NCBI GenBank assembly: GCA_022813865.1
Contig: JALDZX010000021.1
Location: 310,001 to 373,562, forward strand
DNA length: 63,562 nt
Direction: 5' to 3'
Source of the DNA: Xylographa opegraphella
Lineage: Eukaryota
Shown: positions 36,061 through 49,009 of the stretch, piece by piece
Layout of the letters: each line of letters starts with the position of its first letter
Position numbering within the stretch: position 1 is the stretch's first letter
Program-made: the position numbers and the translations under genes
Notes under the pieces: generated by a model
The model's database searches: none
What the model saw: the letters and a program-made list of their open reading frames with translations, nothing else
What the model was told of the DNA's origin: nothing

Positions 36061-37143
36061 ATGACGCACCTCCTCAGCATCAAACTCCTCACCGGCGCTC
36101 CAGAAGCCAGTTCCCTGCAGTGGGACAGCGAGGCCCTCACAGCCCCTCTCCTACCATGTTTCACGCGTCCGTACGCACCCAGCGGGCACCACCCCGATCG
36201 GCGAACGGAATCCCAGCCCGTATGGCGCTCCCTTGCTCTCCACCACGACATCCGCCCCGCCGGCTTAGTCCAGCATGACGAGGGACCGCCCAGCACCACG
36301 GCGTCGACAGCAGCCACCAGCGTCGACCCCACCTCGAGCTTCGCCCCCTCCACGAGCAGCGCCGGCGCCTCCCCCTCCCCCTCCGCCGCACCCGCCGCCG
36401 CCGACGACGACGACGACGACGCGCAGACGCAGTTCTACGAGCACTCCTTCGCCCTGCACGAAGCGCTGCCGAGCTCGCAGCCTCGCAGCCCCTGCTCCAC
36501 CATCGCCACCTCCCTCGCCAGCACGCGCTCCTGCACGCGCTCCCCGTCCCCCACCCCTCCCCACATCGCGCTCACCCCCCTCCGCACCCTCCCGACTGCC
36601 TCACACATCCACGCCCTGCACCCACAAACCCCAACCGTCAACGTCCTGATCTGCATCCTGTCCGCGCCGCCACCACGGACGATCCACCCGCGGCGCGGCG
36701 GGCCGGCGCTGCTGCTGACGGAACTGCTCGTTGCGGACGAGACGAGAGCTGGGGTCGGGCTGAACATCTGGCTACCGGCGAAGGCGGACGCCCGGTCGCC
36801 GCGGTTGCGCGCCGCGGTGGATGCGCTGCGGCCGCGCGACGTGGTGCTGGCGCGCAACGTGGCGCTGGGTGCGTTCAGGGGCGTGGTCTACGGCCAGAGC
36901 TTGCGGAGGGATATGACGAGCCTGGAGCTGATGTATCGGAGTGGGGGGGGAGGGAGGTACAGCGCGAGGGAGCTGGCGGAGGGGGGAGCGAAGGAGGGAA
37001 TAGTGGAGAGGGTATGGGTGGTGAGGCGGTGGGTGATGGAATTCGTGGGCGAGGGCGGGGGACCCGTTGGAGGGGATCGCAACGAAGGATGTCAGACGAG
37101 GAGGGTGCCGGATGCGCTGATGCTGCCTCCTGATACACAATGA
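36061..37143 (+). CDS. OB-fold nucleic-acid-binding protein of unknown function
   Basis: TVNVLICILS...LTELLVADET...LNIWL...LRPRDVVLARNVALGAFRGVVYGQS has an OB-fold pattern. Confidence 0.75.
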   Translation: MTHLLSIKLLTGAPEASSLQWDSEALTAPLLPCFTRPYAPSGHHPDRRTESQPVWRSLALHHDIRPAGLVQHDEGPPSTTASTAATSVDPTSSFAPSTSSAGASPSPSAAPAAADDDDDDAQTQFYEHSFALHEALPSSQPRSPCSTIATSLASTRSCTRSPSPTPPHIALTPLRTLPTASHIHALHPQTPTVNVLICILSAPPPRTIHPRRGGPALLLTELLVADETRAGVGLNIWLPAKADARSPRLRAAVDALRPRDVVLARNVALGAFRGVVYGQSLRRDMTSLELMYRSGGGGRYSARELAEGGAKEGIVERVWVVRRWVMEFVGEGGGPVGGDRNEGCQTRRVPDALMLPPDTQ

Positions 37144-37366
37144 AGGATCAGAACAACAACAACAGTCTACCGCTACCAGATCATGTCCTAGCTTCACCTC
37201 TTGTCGAACCTTCGCGACACCTGGATCGATCCAATCGCATCGATTGTATAGTGGATCTTTACAGAATCCATACGCTAACGTATGATACAGCCATGAAAAG
37301 CCCACCACTATCTCCGACAGGCCGCTCTATACATGCAATGCAAATAATACAATCAAAGCCGCTTTT

Positions 37367-40362
37367 CTATTCGGCATCATCCTCGAGCAGAAGCTTGAAG
37401 CTAAAGGGCTCGAACGGCACACCGTCGCCCATGAAGTGTTTCGACATGGCTTCGACCTGTTCTTTGAGTCAGCTGCTGCAGAATCTTCGACCTCAGCCCC
37501 CGTGTACTCACCCAGTGAAGTCGCAAACTGTGCAACATGGCTGATGTACCCTCCATCACACAAAGAATGGCGATGGTCAAGAAGAACCAAAGGTAGAAAC
37601 CACAGAAGATGGCGAAGACGCCCAAGACTCCCCCGATGTCGAACACCTGATTCAAGGTCATCTTCCACAACACAAGCGATAGCTGCTGATGGGCGAGCGA
37701 TAGAGCCCACAGTCGCAGATAAGAGGCTGTGTGGGAGACACAGTTCAGACAGAATTCTGCATATCGATTAGCAAAATCCTGACAGATCCAGTGAAGGGAT
37801 ACCAACCAATAGTGTGAATGGTCTGATGAATCATTACTTCAGAGAATTCGAATTCTTCGTGCTCTTCGTCACCAATATCTTGAGTAATCATCGCGGTAGC
37901 TTCATTATCAGATGCCATACTATCGCGTGCCCCATTCATCAAATGGCCATCCTCATCGTCATCGAGAGCGCTGACTCTCGACGTTTCACCAATACCTCTG
38001 TATCCTTTCGAGCGAGCTTTGTTGTTCTCGTATCGCAAGTAAAGGGGTTTCAACAACAAAAGTATAGGCACCTGAGCTACAGCCAATAGTAGAAGAAACA
38101 CTTGGACGTATTTTTGGCCCGGATACAGTTGTTCTTCAATGGTGCCAGGTTGCAAAAACATGTAGATTAGCATGTTCAACAACCCCGGCGGTTGCTGTCC
38201 TCGTGCGGGCCAGTCAACGCACCACTTGTAAAGAACGGTAAAGACCAGATAGCCGAAAATCGACTGGAAGAAGATCATGCCTGGAAGGAAGTTCCCGTAG
38301 ATATCAATCGGCGTCTTAAAGTGGCGAGCATTGATATAGGACAAGCACAGCGAATAGGTCATCTGGAAATAATATTAGTAAACGACACCAAAGCAACAAG
38401 CATACGAAGACTCACGTGCGCCCACCCCATCAAAATACTGAGTTTCATCTTGTAGCTGTTGGCGAACAATAGCTCGGTCTCAGAATCGTGCCAGCCCCAA
38501 TCGAATCCGAATGGATATGTGTGCCCGGCGACACGTGTAGCCTTTACCGTTGTCCCCTCCGTAAAATTTTGCGGCCATTGAAACTCACTGTCGAATAAGG
38601 TCAAAGCCTTTGAGAATACGTCGTTGTATATCAAACCTGTGTACATAGAGTACACGCCCATCATTAGCATAATATACCGTCCAAAAAAGGCCATGGAAAC
38701 AATCTCGTCAAGCTTCGTCTTCTGTAACCGTTTCTCGAACGCGATGAAGGCAACAGCAGCGCAAGTCATGATAAAACCATGGCCGAGATCTCCGAACATG
38801 ACAGCGAAGAGAAATGGAAAAGTGACGATGGTAGGTAGTCCAGGATTCACTTCAGTGTACTTAGCAGTACCATATGCATTTATTATAGTTTGGAATCCCT
38901 CTGTGAACTTGTTCGTCCTCACGAAGGTTGGCGGTGTCTTTGAAGTTTTGATTTGGTTCACGATCGTCGGGACTGATAGCCCGGCACGGTCATTGACGTC
39001 TTGCAAAGTTGACTTTATAAGACCCAAAGAGTTTGTTGGACACCAAGCTTCGGCAATGAGTGTCTTGCGGGCTTGATCATAGGAACAACGGTTCAAAGTC
39101 TCATAAACACCCTTTTCTTTCTTGATTATGACCATCCATGCGGCTAAGCTTCTTGCGATTTGAGTAAGCTCAGCATCTAGAGTAGTCTCGGTGTTTCTAA
39201 GCACACTCGCCAGATCGCTCAGCCGCGTATTGACTTCATGGATTTGGTCTCGTCGAAGGTCACTGTTCTCGTCCACACTGTAAAGATCCGCTCCGAGTGA
39301 TTCCGAAATCTTTCGAATCTTTGCAATGACCTCCTTGCCGTGAGCAAAAATGACGAAGACGTTCTTGTGAGTCTCTTCGTTGTTCGAAGGATCTATAATG
39401 GGCTCCGGTATCTCCGATTGGTTCATGTATAGATTCCCGCGCAAGGTCCGCCATAATATCCGCTCGAATGCTGCTATACGTTCTCTTGGTATGACGCCGG
39501 CCACGAAGCCAATGTTCATGACCGCAAATGACTGCTGACCAGAGATATCACCATTCTGACCCCTGGGTTGCTGCTCGACATCTTGCAGCAGTGGAGCTTC
39601 GTCATTATCTGTAGATTGGCGGATTTCATCGACGCTTCCATGAGCCTTGAAAGCCTATCAGTATAAGTTATGCGTGCAACGAGACAAGTGTGAATCATGT
39701 ACTCTGTCGAAGAAACCTCCAGCTTCCCTTAGAACCCACCGCCACTCCGTGAGCTCGACCTCACGCTTCTTCAGTGTCTCGTAACTGTCGTTAAGCGAAC
39801 CAATACGTCCCTCGAGGCTTTGACTACGCTCGGCGAGTTCGTCAATCTCCAATGCCGAAGGTGCTGCAAGAATGTTGGAGAACTCGTGCTGTGGTCGCAT
39901 AGGTATGTTCTGCTTCTCGATCTGTGCCTGAAAATATCCTACAGTACATCAGCTCTGATGAGACCGAGGTGTAGCCATGGAAAGTTTCATACGAAGTTGT
40001 CTTTCTACATTGTCTAGTCTTCTGATCTCTTGGGTAAACGTTCTTTGAAAAGCTGTGGTTTCCGAATTAAGCTATGGTGGCAAAGAGTCAGCCAGTTGCT
40101 ATGTCACAATACAGACTTGGTGTAGTGTAACTTGTCTGCGCAAAACAGACAGGGAGGCCTTCCAAAGCTATTCATTCCTTTGCTGCTGCCTACTGTAGCA
40201 GTGAAGCTACAGATGAGCAATCGAATGACTTACATCTCTGAACTGCACCTCACCCAGCTCCCCCAAAGCGCTGACAACTTCTCGGCCTATCTCATTGGCA
40301 ATATATAGCTGGATCATAGACATGTCCACCGAGCGGAACAAGGTATCCTTGGCGACACCCAT
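37367..40362 (-). CDS. vph1: V-type H+-ATPase V0 subunit a (multi-exon)
   Basis: [66 protein letters not shown]. Confidence 0.97.
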
Positions 40363-40809
40363 GATGGGCGATCGAGAGCTGATTAGCCCAGAAAGCTGAC
40401 AAGGTGGCTTCCAGCAGATATTGTGAGACAAGCCCAGTGATCTGGTGCTCAGGTAGTGATTTTTTTCACAGCAGCGAACGCAACGTGGGTAGGTGTGTGG
40501 AGGTGGATGTCGTCGTTCGTGGTGATGAGGCAAGACAGATAGATCGCTTCCTAGCGTTGGTCGGATGCCCGTTGATTGGCTGAATAAAAGTCTATCCGCG
40601 AGCACTTTGCATTCTGCACTTTCCAGATGTGAAAATACCAGATGTCAACTGAGTATTGATCTTTATTGCCTGATAATCACGACATAATACTACAGATTCT
40701 AGATCTAAGAGATATTGCTACGAACGCAACCACAGTGAATCACACATCGATCACCATAACACATACTGCACTTAGGTCCCGATTCGTAACAATGCAAGAT
40801 ATATCCTTC

Positions 40810-41882
40810 TCATCGTGAATGACGAATACTCTCTTCCAGGTGATCCACAACGCTAATTTGCTGTGCTTCTTCGTATCCTGGTGGTGGCTCATCAGGTGGC
40901 TGAAACGATTGAGCTGTTGCAGGCTCATGTCTTGAATTTTCTAAAGGCTGGAATTGCCCATTGTTCGTCGGTCGTGACTGTTGCGTATGGGGAGGCGTGA
41001 TGGGTACTGGCTGTTGAATTACAGTCGTGGGTTGCGCTATGGCGGTACTTCCGATGTCTTCATATGCTGGGAGCTGGTCGAGATGGACTCCGGATAAATC
41101 TACTCCTTGCCCTTGGCTGGGGATCCGTCCGCTTTCACGAGCCGATTCCAGAGCTTGTGACAGAGTCTCTTTGATTCGTTCAAAGCTGGAATGGAAATCG
41201 AATGCTCCTCCGTCTTTGAAGGTCATCTTGATCTCGACAAAAGCATGGTGTGGTGGGATTCCTCCACCCGTCACTGGTTGTAAAATACCAGTCCATATAT
41301 TCGGGCCGAAGAATGGCGCGGAAACATGAGTGTCTTGGAGATTGAGTATCGGAGCGGAGAATGATTGCAGTTGAGGCGTGGAAGCAGTAGGCAAGTAGAC
41401 CAGCTGCATACACCAGAACGATCAGCGATCCGTTTAGCATTAAATGCCGCTAACCCGGCACTTACTCGCTGGTTCGTCAGGTATGCAACACCACCGGGGC
41501 TATTGATAGATAGAGGCGATTTGCCAGGGTACGAATTTGGTGTCTGCAAGGCAAGCGCAGTCCTTGGAGGTGAAGTGAACAATATCCTTTCTCTCGGTAA
41601 CGGTACAAAGCCTTTCCGCTCATCGAGCATAACCCAACTATAACGGTAAGCAAGAAATATAGCGGAGTAAAGCCATATCATGAGCTATAGAGGCCATTGT
41701 GCATAGACATAGCCGATGAACACGGGCTGAGCCTTAGAGGAATACAAAAACTATCGATCAGAAGAGAATCCCAGCTTAATTAACAAATGAGCTTTCATCA
41801 GACGTATATCAGGTATAGTCTAGACATGTGACCGGATCAAGCAATCTCAGGGACGTGTGGCATATACTTACTTTATGGACAT
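40810..41882 (-). CDS. WW-domain-binding protein 2-like (GRAM/PH-like domain plus PY motifs); introns 41638-41871 and approx. 41405-41465
   Basis: Spliced start MSIN|WVML; GVAYLTNQR|LVYLP; APFFGPN; FKDGGAFDF; LPAY and PPPGY motifs. Confidence 0.85.
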
Positions 41883-42882
41883 CTTCCCGCCCCTATATCG
41901 GTGGCCTCCTTGGTGTCACCCTCACCTCGTTCGGAACTTGTACCAGCAGGTCGCACCAGTATTCCAGAATTGAAGAGCAGTGTCGTTCGAACGCAAAAAC
42001 AAGCCCGCGGAACCTATAATTTTCCTATTTCGGTCGTTCTTTACTATGATGATCTCCAGGGATATATAGTAAGCCGAGGTCGAAATCTCAAGCTGTGCAA
42101 TACAAGCGTCGCGGTTGCCAGACTCTACGAGGTCCTCGTGGAAAAAAACTCTTGCGTAGACGATCGTACAGTGTCAAAAGTCAGACTTGGGGAAGGTTTC
42201 AATAAGAAAGGTAATCTAGAGTTCGGATATCGGATTTGGTTGGTTTTACGAAAGGGCGAATGATGACCATCCTATATGCAGCAACCGAGGATATGTAAGA
42301 TGTGACCTTCGACGTCAGGTGGGCCGGAAGAGGTTGCACGACATGTGCGGTCCATGCGATCTGAGTACATTTGAGATCTATTAGGTAGGCTATCTGTCAC
42401 ACGAATACTATCTACATTAGGCAGGTTCCAACACGCCGTTCAAAAGTGGTGTTTTCCGGAAGGTGGCCAGAATGCGTCATTCCGCCCCGCCCCATTGGTG
42501 GGTTGTCAGACAGCAAATCCTGAGGTTTTATGTACGCAGCACTGGCGAAGATAGGTCTATTTTACATTGTGTATACAGTTTCTCTTCCAAGGTACCGGGA
42601 TGTCATGAGCGGCATCTCCAGCTCGCGATGAGGTTCAAGTGCATTCAGGCCACCCCAGCCTTGCCGCTGCTGCCTGCGCCACTTGACGACTTCCAATCCC
42701 TCCAGCAGAAGCCAACAGCACTCGTATCCAAAGCCCAAAGCCATCTCTCGCTGAATCTACTATGACACTACTGTGTGACCAGGCAGCACATCTCTACATA
42801 TGACTTCTTCCCATCCCACTACCATGTCATAGAGACAATTACACGACCCGCTAAGTCGCCGGCCGCAGCTCCTCCGACCAGC

Positions 42883-43773
42883 ATGGATGAGCACGATCGC
42901 ACCTCCGAAGTATGGTCGCTCCGCTCCCGCGCCTCCAGCGTCGTCTCCACCGGCACCAAGATGAGCATCGGCACACTGGCCAACCCAAGCCACCTACCGG
43001 AGTCGCCCCCTCCCGAATGTTCCCAAACGGCAGGCATCGACGTCCTCCTCGGGCTCCGCAACTTCCGCATCACCGCCCGGCCCGGCTCCGTCCTAAGCAT
43101 CAGCTCCTTCGACCACCCCGCTCCTCCCTACGACGCCCAACCCCCCCCCGGCACCGGCCACACCACCCTCGATCTCTCCGAGTTCGAAACCCCGGAGCCC
43201 CCACCCACCCGCTCACAAGTCGAGAGGGCCCTCGAGCCCGATCTGACCTCACCCCCGTTCCGCTCCTCCCGCTCCGCCCGCTCCGTGCACTTCGCCTCGC
43301 CCATCCACTCGCCCTCGCCCTCACACTCCCCCCCTCCGTCCCCTTCCTTCTCGCCCACGCTCCCCTCGCCCCCTACCCTCTCCCAGCACTACACGCACGT
43401 CGTGCGCACCATCGACGCCAACCACCGCGCCGAGATCGCCTCCCTCACCGCGACGCACGCCGCCGCGGTCGCGGCCATCGAGGCGCGGCACAAAGCGGCC
43501 ACGGACGCCATCGAGGACAGGCACCGCGCAGAGAGCGTGAGCCACGCGGCGCGGATGAAGGCGGGGGAGGAGCTGCACGCAGCGCACCTGGCGCAGGAGA
43601 GAGCGACGTGGGCTGCGGAGGTGGGGAGGGCGAGGAATGAGGTCGAGGAGATGTGGGAGGCGCGCTGGAGCGAGACGATGCGCGTGACGGGCGGGGAGAT
43701 GGAGAGGCTGAGAGTGAGGGTGCGGGAATTGGAGCTGCAGCTGGAGGTGGCGAATGGACGGCGTGTTGCTTGA
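42883..43773 (+). CDS. Hypothetical Pro/Ser-rich protein with a C-terminal coiled coil
   Basis: Long GC-rich ORF with an RSVHF (RVxF-like) motif and a helical C-terminus. Confidence 0.7.
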   Translation: MDEHDRTSEVWSLRSRASSVVSTGTKMSIGTLANPSHLPESPPPECSQTAGIDVLLGLRNFRITARPGSVLSISSFDHPAPPYDAQPPPGTGHTTLDLSEFETPEPPPTRSQVERALEPDLTSPPFRSSRSARSVHFASPIHSPSPSHSPPPSPSFSPTLPSPPTLSQHYTHVVRTIDANHRAEIASLTATHAAAVAAIEARHKAATDAIEDRHRAESVSHAARMKAGEELHAAHLAQERATWAAEVGRARNEVEEMWEARWSETMRVTGGEMERLRVRVRELELQLEVANGRRVA

Positions 43774-44390
43774 TCCTGGGCTACAGTTGATAATGGCAAG
43801 TGGGAGGCTGGACCGTTGGGAAGGGATCGGATGCGGTGTGCTTCACCAGCTCGTTATGGGAACACGAAGATGGAAAGTGTTTGCAAATGAGAGGGTATTT
43901 TTGTGTTACGGATTCTCTCTGTACGGATACTGCGCGCCACCTGCGACTTCCGATTCTCAGGGGCGAGCACGTTGGTGTCGAAACTAAAATGGGAGTGTTA
44001 GAATTGTGCTCGGGAGGGCCACCGCAATTGCGAACAGGCCTGAGGGGCCATAGTGAGAAATAGACAGGGAACCATGTTCCTGAGAGGACAATTTAATTGT
44101 TGATTTCGAGGTTGAGATTAAGAATCCTTTACTCCAAGAATCCTTAACGCTTAAATTCTTGAGCGAAGTTTTGGATTAAATAGAAATATATCTACATCGA
44201 GACAATTTAAGACGCTCCCAATCTCCTCACAGACTAATATGCCCAGAAAGCGTACCACCGCGAAGCAAGACGCAGCTGGACTTTTGTACCCATACCGAAT
44301 GTAACCGCCGGCCGACGACATAGCACGTCGGTGATCGCTAGCCAACCCTTACAGAAGCGCCATATCAAATGCTGCACACCCACTGATCTT

Positions 44391-45729
44391 TCACATGATG
44401 ATTGCAGGTACTACATAGATGTTAGACATGTTCCGAGCAATATCGTTCGCTTGATTGGACCTTACCATCGACGTTTTGCTTGATTGACTTATGGGGCAGG
44501 ATCGAACCTCCGTTAACGTATATTTCATCACCTATCGTGACATCGTCCCCAAGTACACTGACATTTTCCAGCCGAGCCCATTTGCCAATGGTGCTGTGCC
44601 ACCCGACAATTGTTGACTTGATCCACGCATGGTCTTTGACTTTAGAGCCAGCCAGTAAAACACAGCGCTGTAGGCGCACCCCGTCACCAACCACGACGTT
44701 GGGACCGATTGTAACGTTGGGCCCGATCTTACAGTTCTTGCCAATCTTGGCCGATGGATCGACAAGGACATTGCCTTGGAAGACATATGGTGTATTGGCA
44801 GGCATGAGCTTTTTCGAACCCTTTTTGGTGAGCGAGGAAAGATAGAGGCAGGTTCCGCTCAGAAAATCTTTAGGCTGACCAACATCCATCCAGAAACCTT
44901 CTAGATCGAAAGAATGGAGTTCGCCGTCTTTGCAGATAGCAGGGAAGGTTTCTTGCTCGATCGATGTGGGTCGGAGGTCTATGCGGCGGAGGACGCTAGG
45001 GTTCAGAATGTATATGCCGGCGTTAATGCGATTGCCCACAAATTCGACAGGTTTCTCGACGAATCTGTCTATTCTTGAAGGATGACTTGGTTTGTGTACA
45101 ATAACACCGTATTTTGAGGGCTCTTCAACCTTTGTAACCACAATTGTACCTTCTTGGCCATGAGATTTATGAAATTCTGCAAGCTGCTTGAAGGGATAGT
45201 CGCAAATAACATCGGAATTGAGGACGAAGAATGGAGAGTCGTCTTTGCCTAAGGTCTTCTCGGCAAGCTTGAGCGGACCCGCCGTCCCAAGCGGCTCAGT
45301 CTCCACAGAGAACTCAATCTTGATGTTGAATTTCTCTTCATACTATGACAGTTCAGTCAATAGCCGAGGATACTTCAGCTGATGGTTTTACCTTCTTCAG
45401 CGCAGCTTCCATGATATCTGGTCTGTAGTTGACCGCAAGCACAATATCTGTAACTCCCGCCGCCGCCAAGCTCTCAACCTGATGCTCAATCATGGGCTTG
45501 TTGGCAAATTCGACCAACGGTTTGGGGAGGGTGAGAGTCTGATGACGGTCAGAATTTAGGTCTCGGTGGCACGACAGCTGGCGCCAGGAAGCACGCTGAC
45601 GGGCAGTCTGAAAGGGGGTGTTGTACCAGAGGTCGTAGTCGGGTACCAAAGCCGCCGACGAGAATGAGTGCTGCACATATCATATTAGCGAGTTCGTTCT
45701 CACTTCTAAGAATGGCTCGTACCCTTCAT
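44391..45729 (-). CDS. mpg1: Mannose-1-phosphate guanylyltransferase (GDP-mannose pyrophosphorylase); 4 introns
   Basis: [51 protein letters not shown]; hexapeptide repeats; PAIIM end. Confidence 0.97.
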
Positions 45730-46823
45730 GATGTCCGGTGATCAATTTCAAGATATCCAGTTTTCTTTCGAGCTGTTTCAGTCCCAAGCTGCCGGCGTTG
45801 TGGGGGGGAAACGAGCGTATGGGAGTTGTTGTGGTAACGAGTGTTGTGAAAGCCAGAGAACTGGTAATTTAAGTAGATCCTTGGTGTAACAGAAATCTTT
45901 GACTTGGACGTGATGAAGAATGGAGGACAAGGACAAGTGGCCAAAGATGTAGTTTATTCATTGGCACTCGTATGAAATACGGAGTACGATCTAAAATTAA
46001 GAATTGAGTTCCTTGCAGCCGGTCAGCTGCCTGCGGCCTTTCCCAGGGGCAAGCTTCGGCTAAACTCGAGCGTGCCCAGCCCGTATTCGTGATTGGATCA
46101 AGGGTATTCGCCGCCATGTCGGCATCCGCCGCTAGTAAATTCTAGGGGGCTTTTTTCTACCAGGTAAAGGTACCTGAGGTAGGTACTCTATTGATTACCT
46201 CCGTACCGTATCTCTTACAAGTACACACCGCAAATATGAAGCAGTGGGAACAATCTTGTTCATTCGGCCCCATGGGACTAGTATGACTACTTTTATGCAC
46301 AGAAAAGACGTCATCTTGTGAAATTGTGAGTGCTTAGATGTGAAATACCGCTGCTTAGAGGAAGCTAAATACACGATTCGAACATCGTAATAGTATAGTA
46401 CCGGCAATCTTTTAATTCAGCAAAAGCACAGGAGCAAGGAAGGGGAGAAGTTGGAATCCATGTTGCATAGCATTCTGCCAGAGCGACCATCGTAAAAGAT
46501 GTGGCAAACAATATCGAGTCACGAACCATCTTTGCCAATACCTTCGCGCTTTCTATGTGCGCTGCCTGAGAGCCGATCATAATGTCCCGTCTCATTACCA
46601 ATTCCATCCCTGTCTCCTGGTCAATGTTGTGCGCCACAGAGCCAGCCAGGAGGGTAAAATTGCTCAATGCTGCTAGTCGAAAATTATCAGTTAAAGAATG
46701 TAACACGTCTGTCTTGCGCATGTGAGGTGGCACCGAGCTCCTCCCTCACAGAAATTTTTGCCCCCTACAATCTTATCATCATGTCAAAAACCCGTACTGC
46801 CCCATTTCCGGATCCTAGCAAGT

Positions 46824-48390
46824 CTATCGTTGTGCCCCCAAAGCGGCGACTCCTTGTGGAATATTGGCGCTGTGATAAGGACAGTCAATATGATGTTGAT
46901 CATTGCCATGATCACGAATACCTGCGTATGGAGCAAAGCATTTCCAACAGAATTCATGGCAGCATTTACGACCTAGAGAGACTTGAAGTTAGTATTGTAA
47001 GTCAGCAATCATTGAACGCATCTTGCTTACATGTCATATGATCGCACCCCTGATTCTTCTCAATGGGGCTCTTACAGCCAGGGCAAGGTTTTGAAGTTTT
47101 GGCAACCAAAGCCAGAGAAGCTTCTTCTTCACGTTTTTTCTCATCACCGCGGCCCAAATGGTGGTCATACTCGCTGCAGGTCTGATTCTCGTGCCACGGA
47201 ATGTTGTGGACATAGCACATTCGGAACCCGCAATCACCACAACGTACAAGCGGCGCTTTTTCTCCTTCTTCGTGCAGTTGACCGAAATTACAACCGGGAC
47301 GAAGGCACTGTCGGTATTCGAGATCATCCTTGAGAGTCTCTGCGATCATAAATCGTTGATATTTGCAAATAAAGATTAGAGTTATGGTATTTATACACCC
47401 GCATACGTGAGGTGTGGCACTCTACCTCGCAACCATATCTTTGGAGCCGTACAGATCAACCTCCTTGCACTCGAGTATCACAGGACAAATGGGACAAGAA
47501 ATTCGGTCCCAAGTTTTCGTATCAAGCTGCGAGCTCAGTGATTGCGATAGGCAATCCAGGCAAGCTGTTGTCGTATGATCACAGCGCTCGGTGATTTTTG
47601 ATTTAGGGAACCGAGACATGGCGATATGGTCCATACAGATCTCGCACATCTTCATATGATCACTTGCAGCCAGATCTTGTTGGAACCCATAAACCCGGCC
47701 GTCACGAGTCTACAAGATTCTGGACACAAATCCCTCCCAGCTGCGGTCATTTTGGCCGAGAAGGACTTCAAGGTGTCTCGTCCGATCTTCAAGTCAAGTT
47801 TTCTTTCCGGCTTCCTGTTCTACGTTCATGATGTAGTTATAAAGGGCTTGAACCTCCGCTGCGATGACATCGTCGAGTTCCTGTGTGTTGCGATCGGAAA
47901 AACTGATGTCCAGGCAATCCTCCTTCACTGTTCTGCCGCAGCATTGGGTACTGTACAGCTGTGCAAGCGTGCACAGGAGTTCTATGGTAAAGCAGAATAG
48001 AACAGATCCTGAGATGTGACGCGTGGTGGTGATGTGGTGGAATATAAGAGCTATTTGTCGAAACCACGAACATAGCCTGCGGCGTAGTTCTTCACACAAC
48101 TGAAGATAACTCGTCTCTGCAGAATACACAGCTCCAGTGTTCCAGATCGCCTTCACCGTGGACTCAAACACCGTTCGAGGCAGATTTTCATGGCCAAAGT
48201 TGTCGTTTAGAAAAGAGTCCAGTACTTCCGTGGTATTGAAGGCTGGATTGAAAACAGTAATCTTCACTTCCTGGAAGTTGGCGAAGCTCGCAATCGACGC
48301 GTCAGCCATAACCACTAATTCAGAGGATCCGAATAAATGTATGAACTGAAGATACTCGGTTTTCATCCAATCTGATGAGCTCGTACACAA
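46824..48390 (-). pseudogene. Second RBR E3-ligase paralog; Zn ligands intact but apparently disabled
   Basis: RING1 CEIC...CDH...CLDC...CPIC; IBR CLRPGC...CGDC...CYVH..PWH...C; RING2 CPGC...GCDHMTC..C.HEFCWKC. In-frame stops at 47794-47796 and 47710-47712, and the intron acceptor reads CAA instead of CAG at 47363. Confidence 0.75.
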
Positions 48391-49009
48391 GATCCAAAGA
48401 CTTCTTATTGTGGGTTGAATAACAGAAGGACTTGAAGGCAGACAGTGGTGGAGGGTGAAGAGGGAAGGTTGTAGAGAACGAAGGACGAACGAGGATCAAC
48501 GATACAGTATGGGCCATGAAGGCCGCGTGATCTGATGAGCAACATTCTATAGGAATTGATTACTATAATCTAGCGAGATATGAATAAACGTGCATCAATA
48601 CGCGTGCTTCCTGGTATTGAGCTGCGTGGTATTGAGCCATTCGGTGTTGACTTCAGCGCTGCCCAAAGGCACTGGGACAACAACGAACACATTGTAATTC
48701 AGTCATCATATACATATTGTCTTTCTCATACGTTTTGGTGTTCGATGGAACAAAAGAGCAGTTAACGGTTTAAAAAAGGAAAGAAGGAAGACCATAACGC
48801 ATGTTGTCCCGGCGTTTGCTTTGTTGACCGAGCGGATTATCAGGCCCTGAACCCTTCGCTTAAGCCCTACCCGCCCAACCAATCAGAATGCCTCTGATCA
48901 GGACTAGTGAATTGGCCTAGGACTTCTTAGTGCATCATCATCATGCCGGGGCATTTCTTTTAAGAGTCCAACAATAATGTACGACACGAACAGCATACCT
49001 TAAGTCGGT

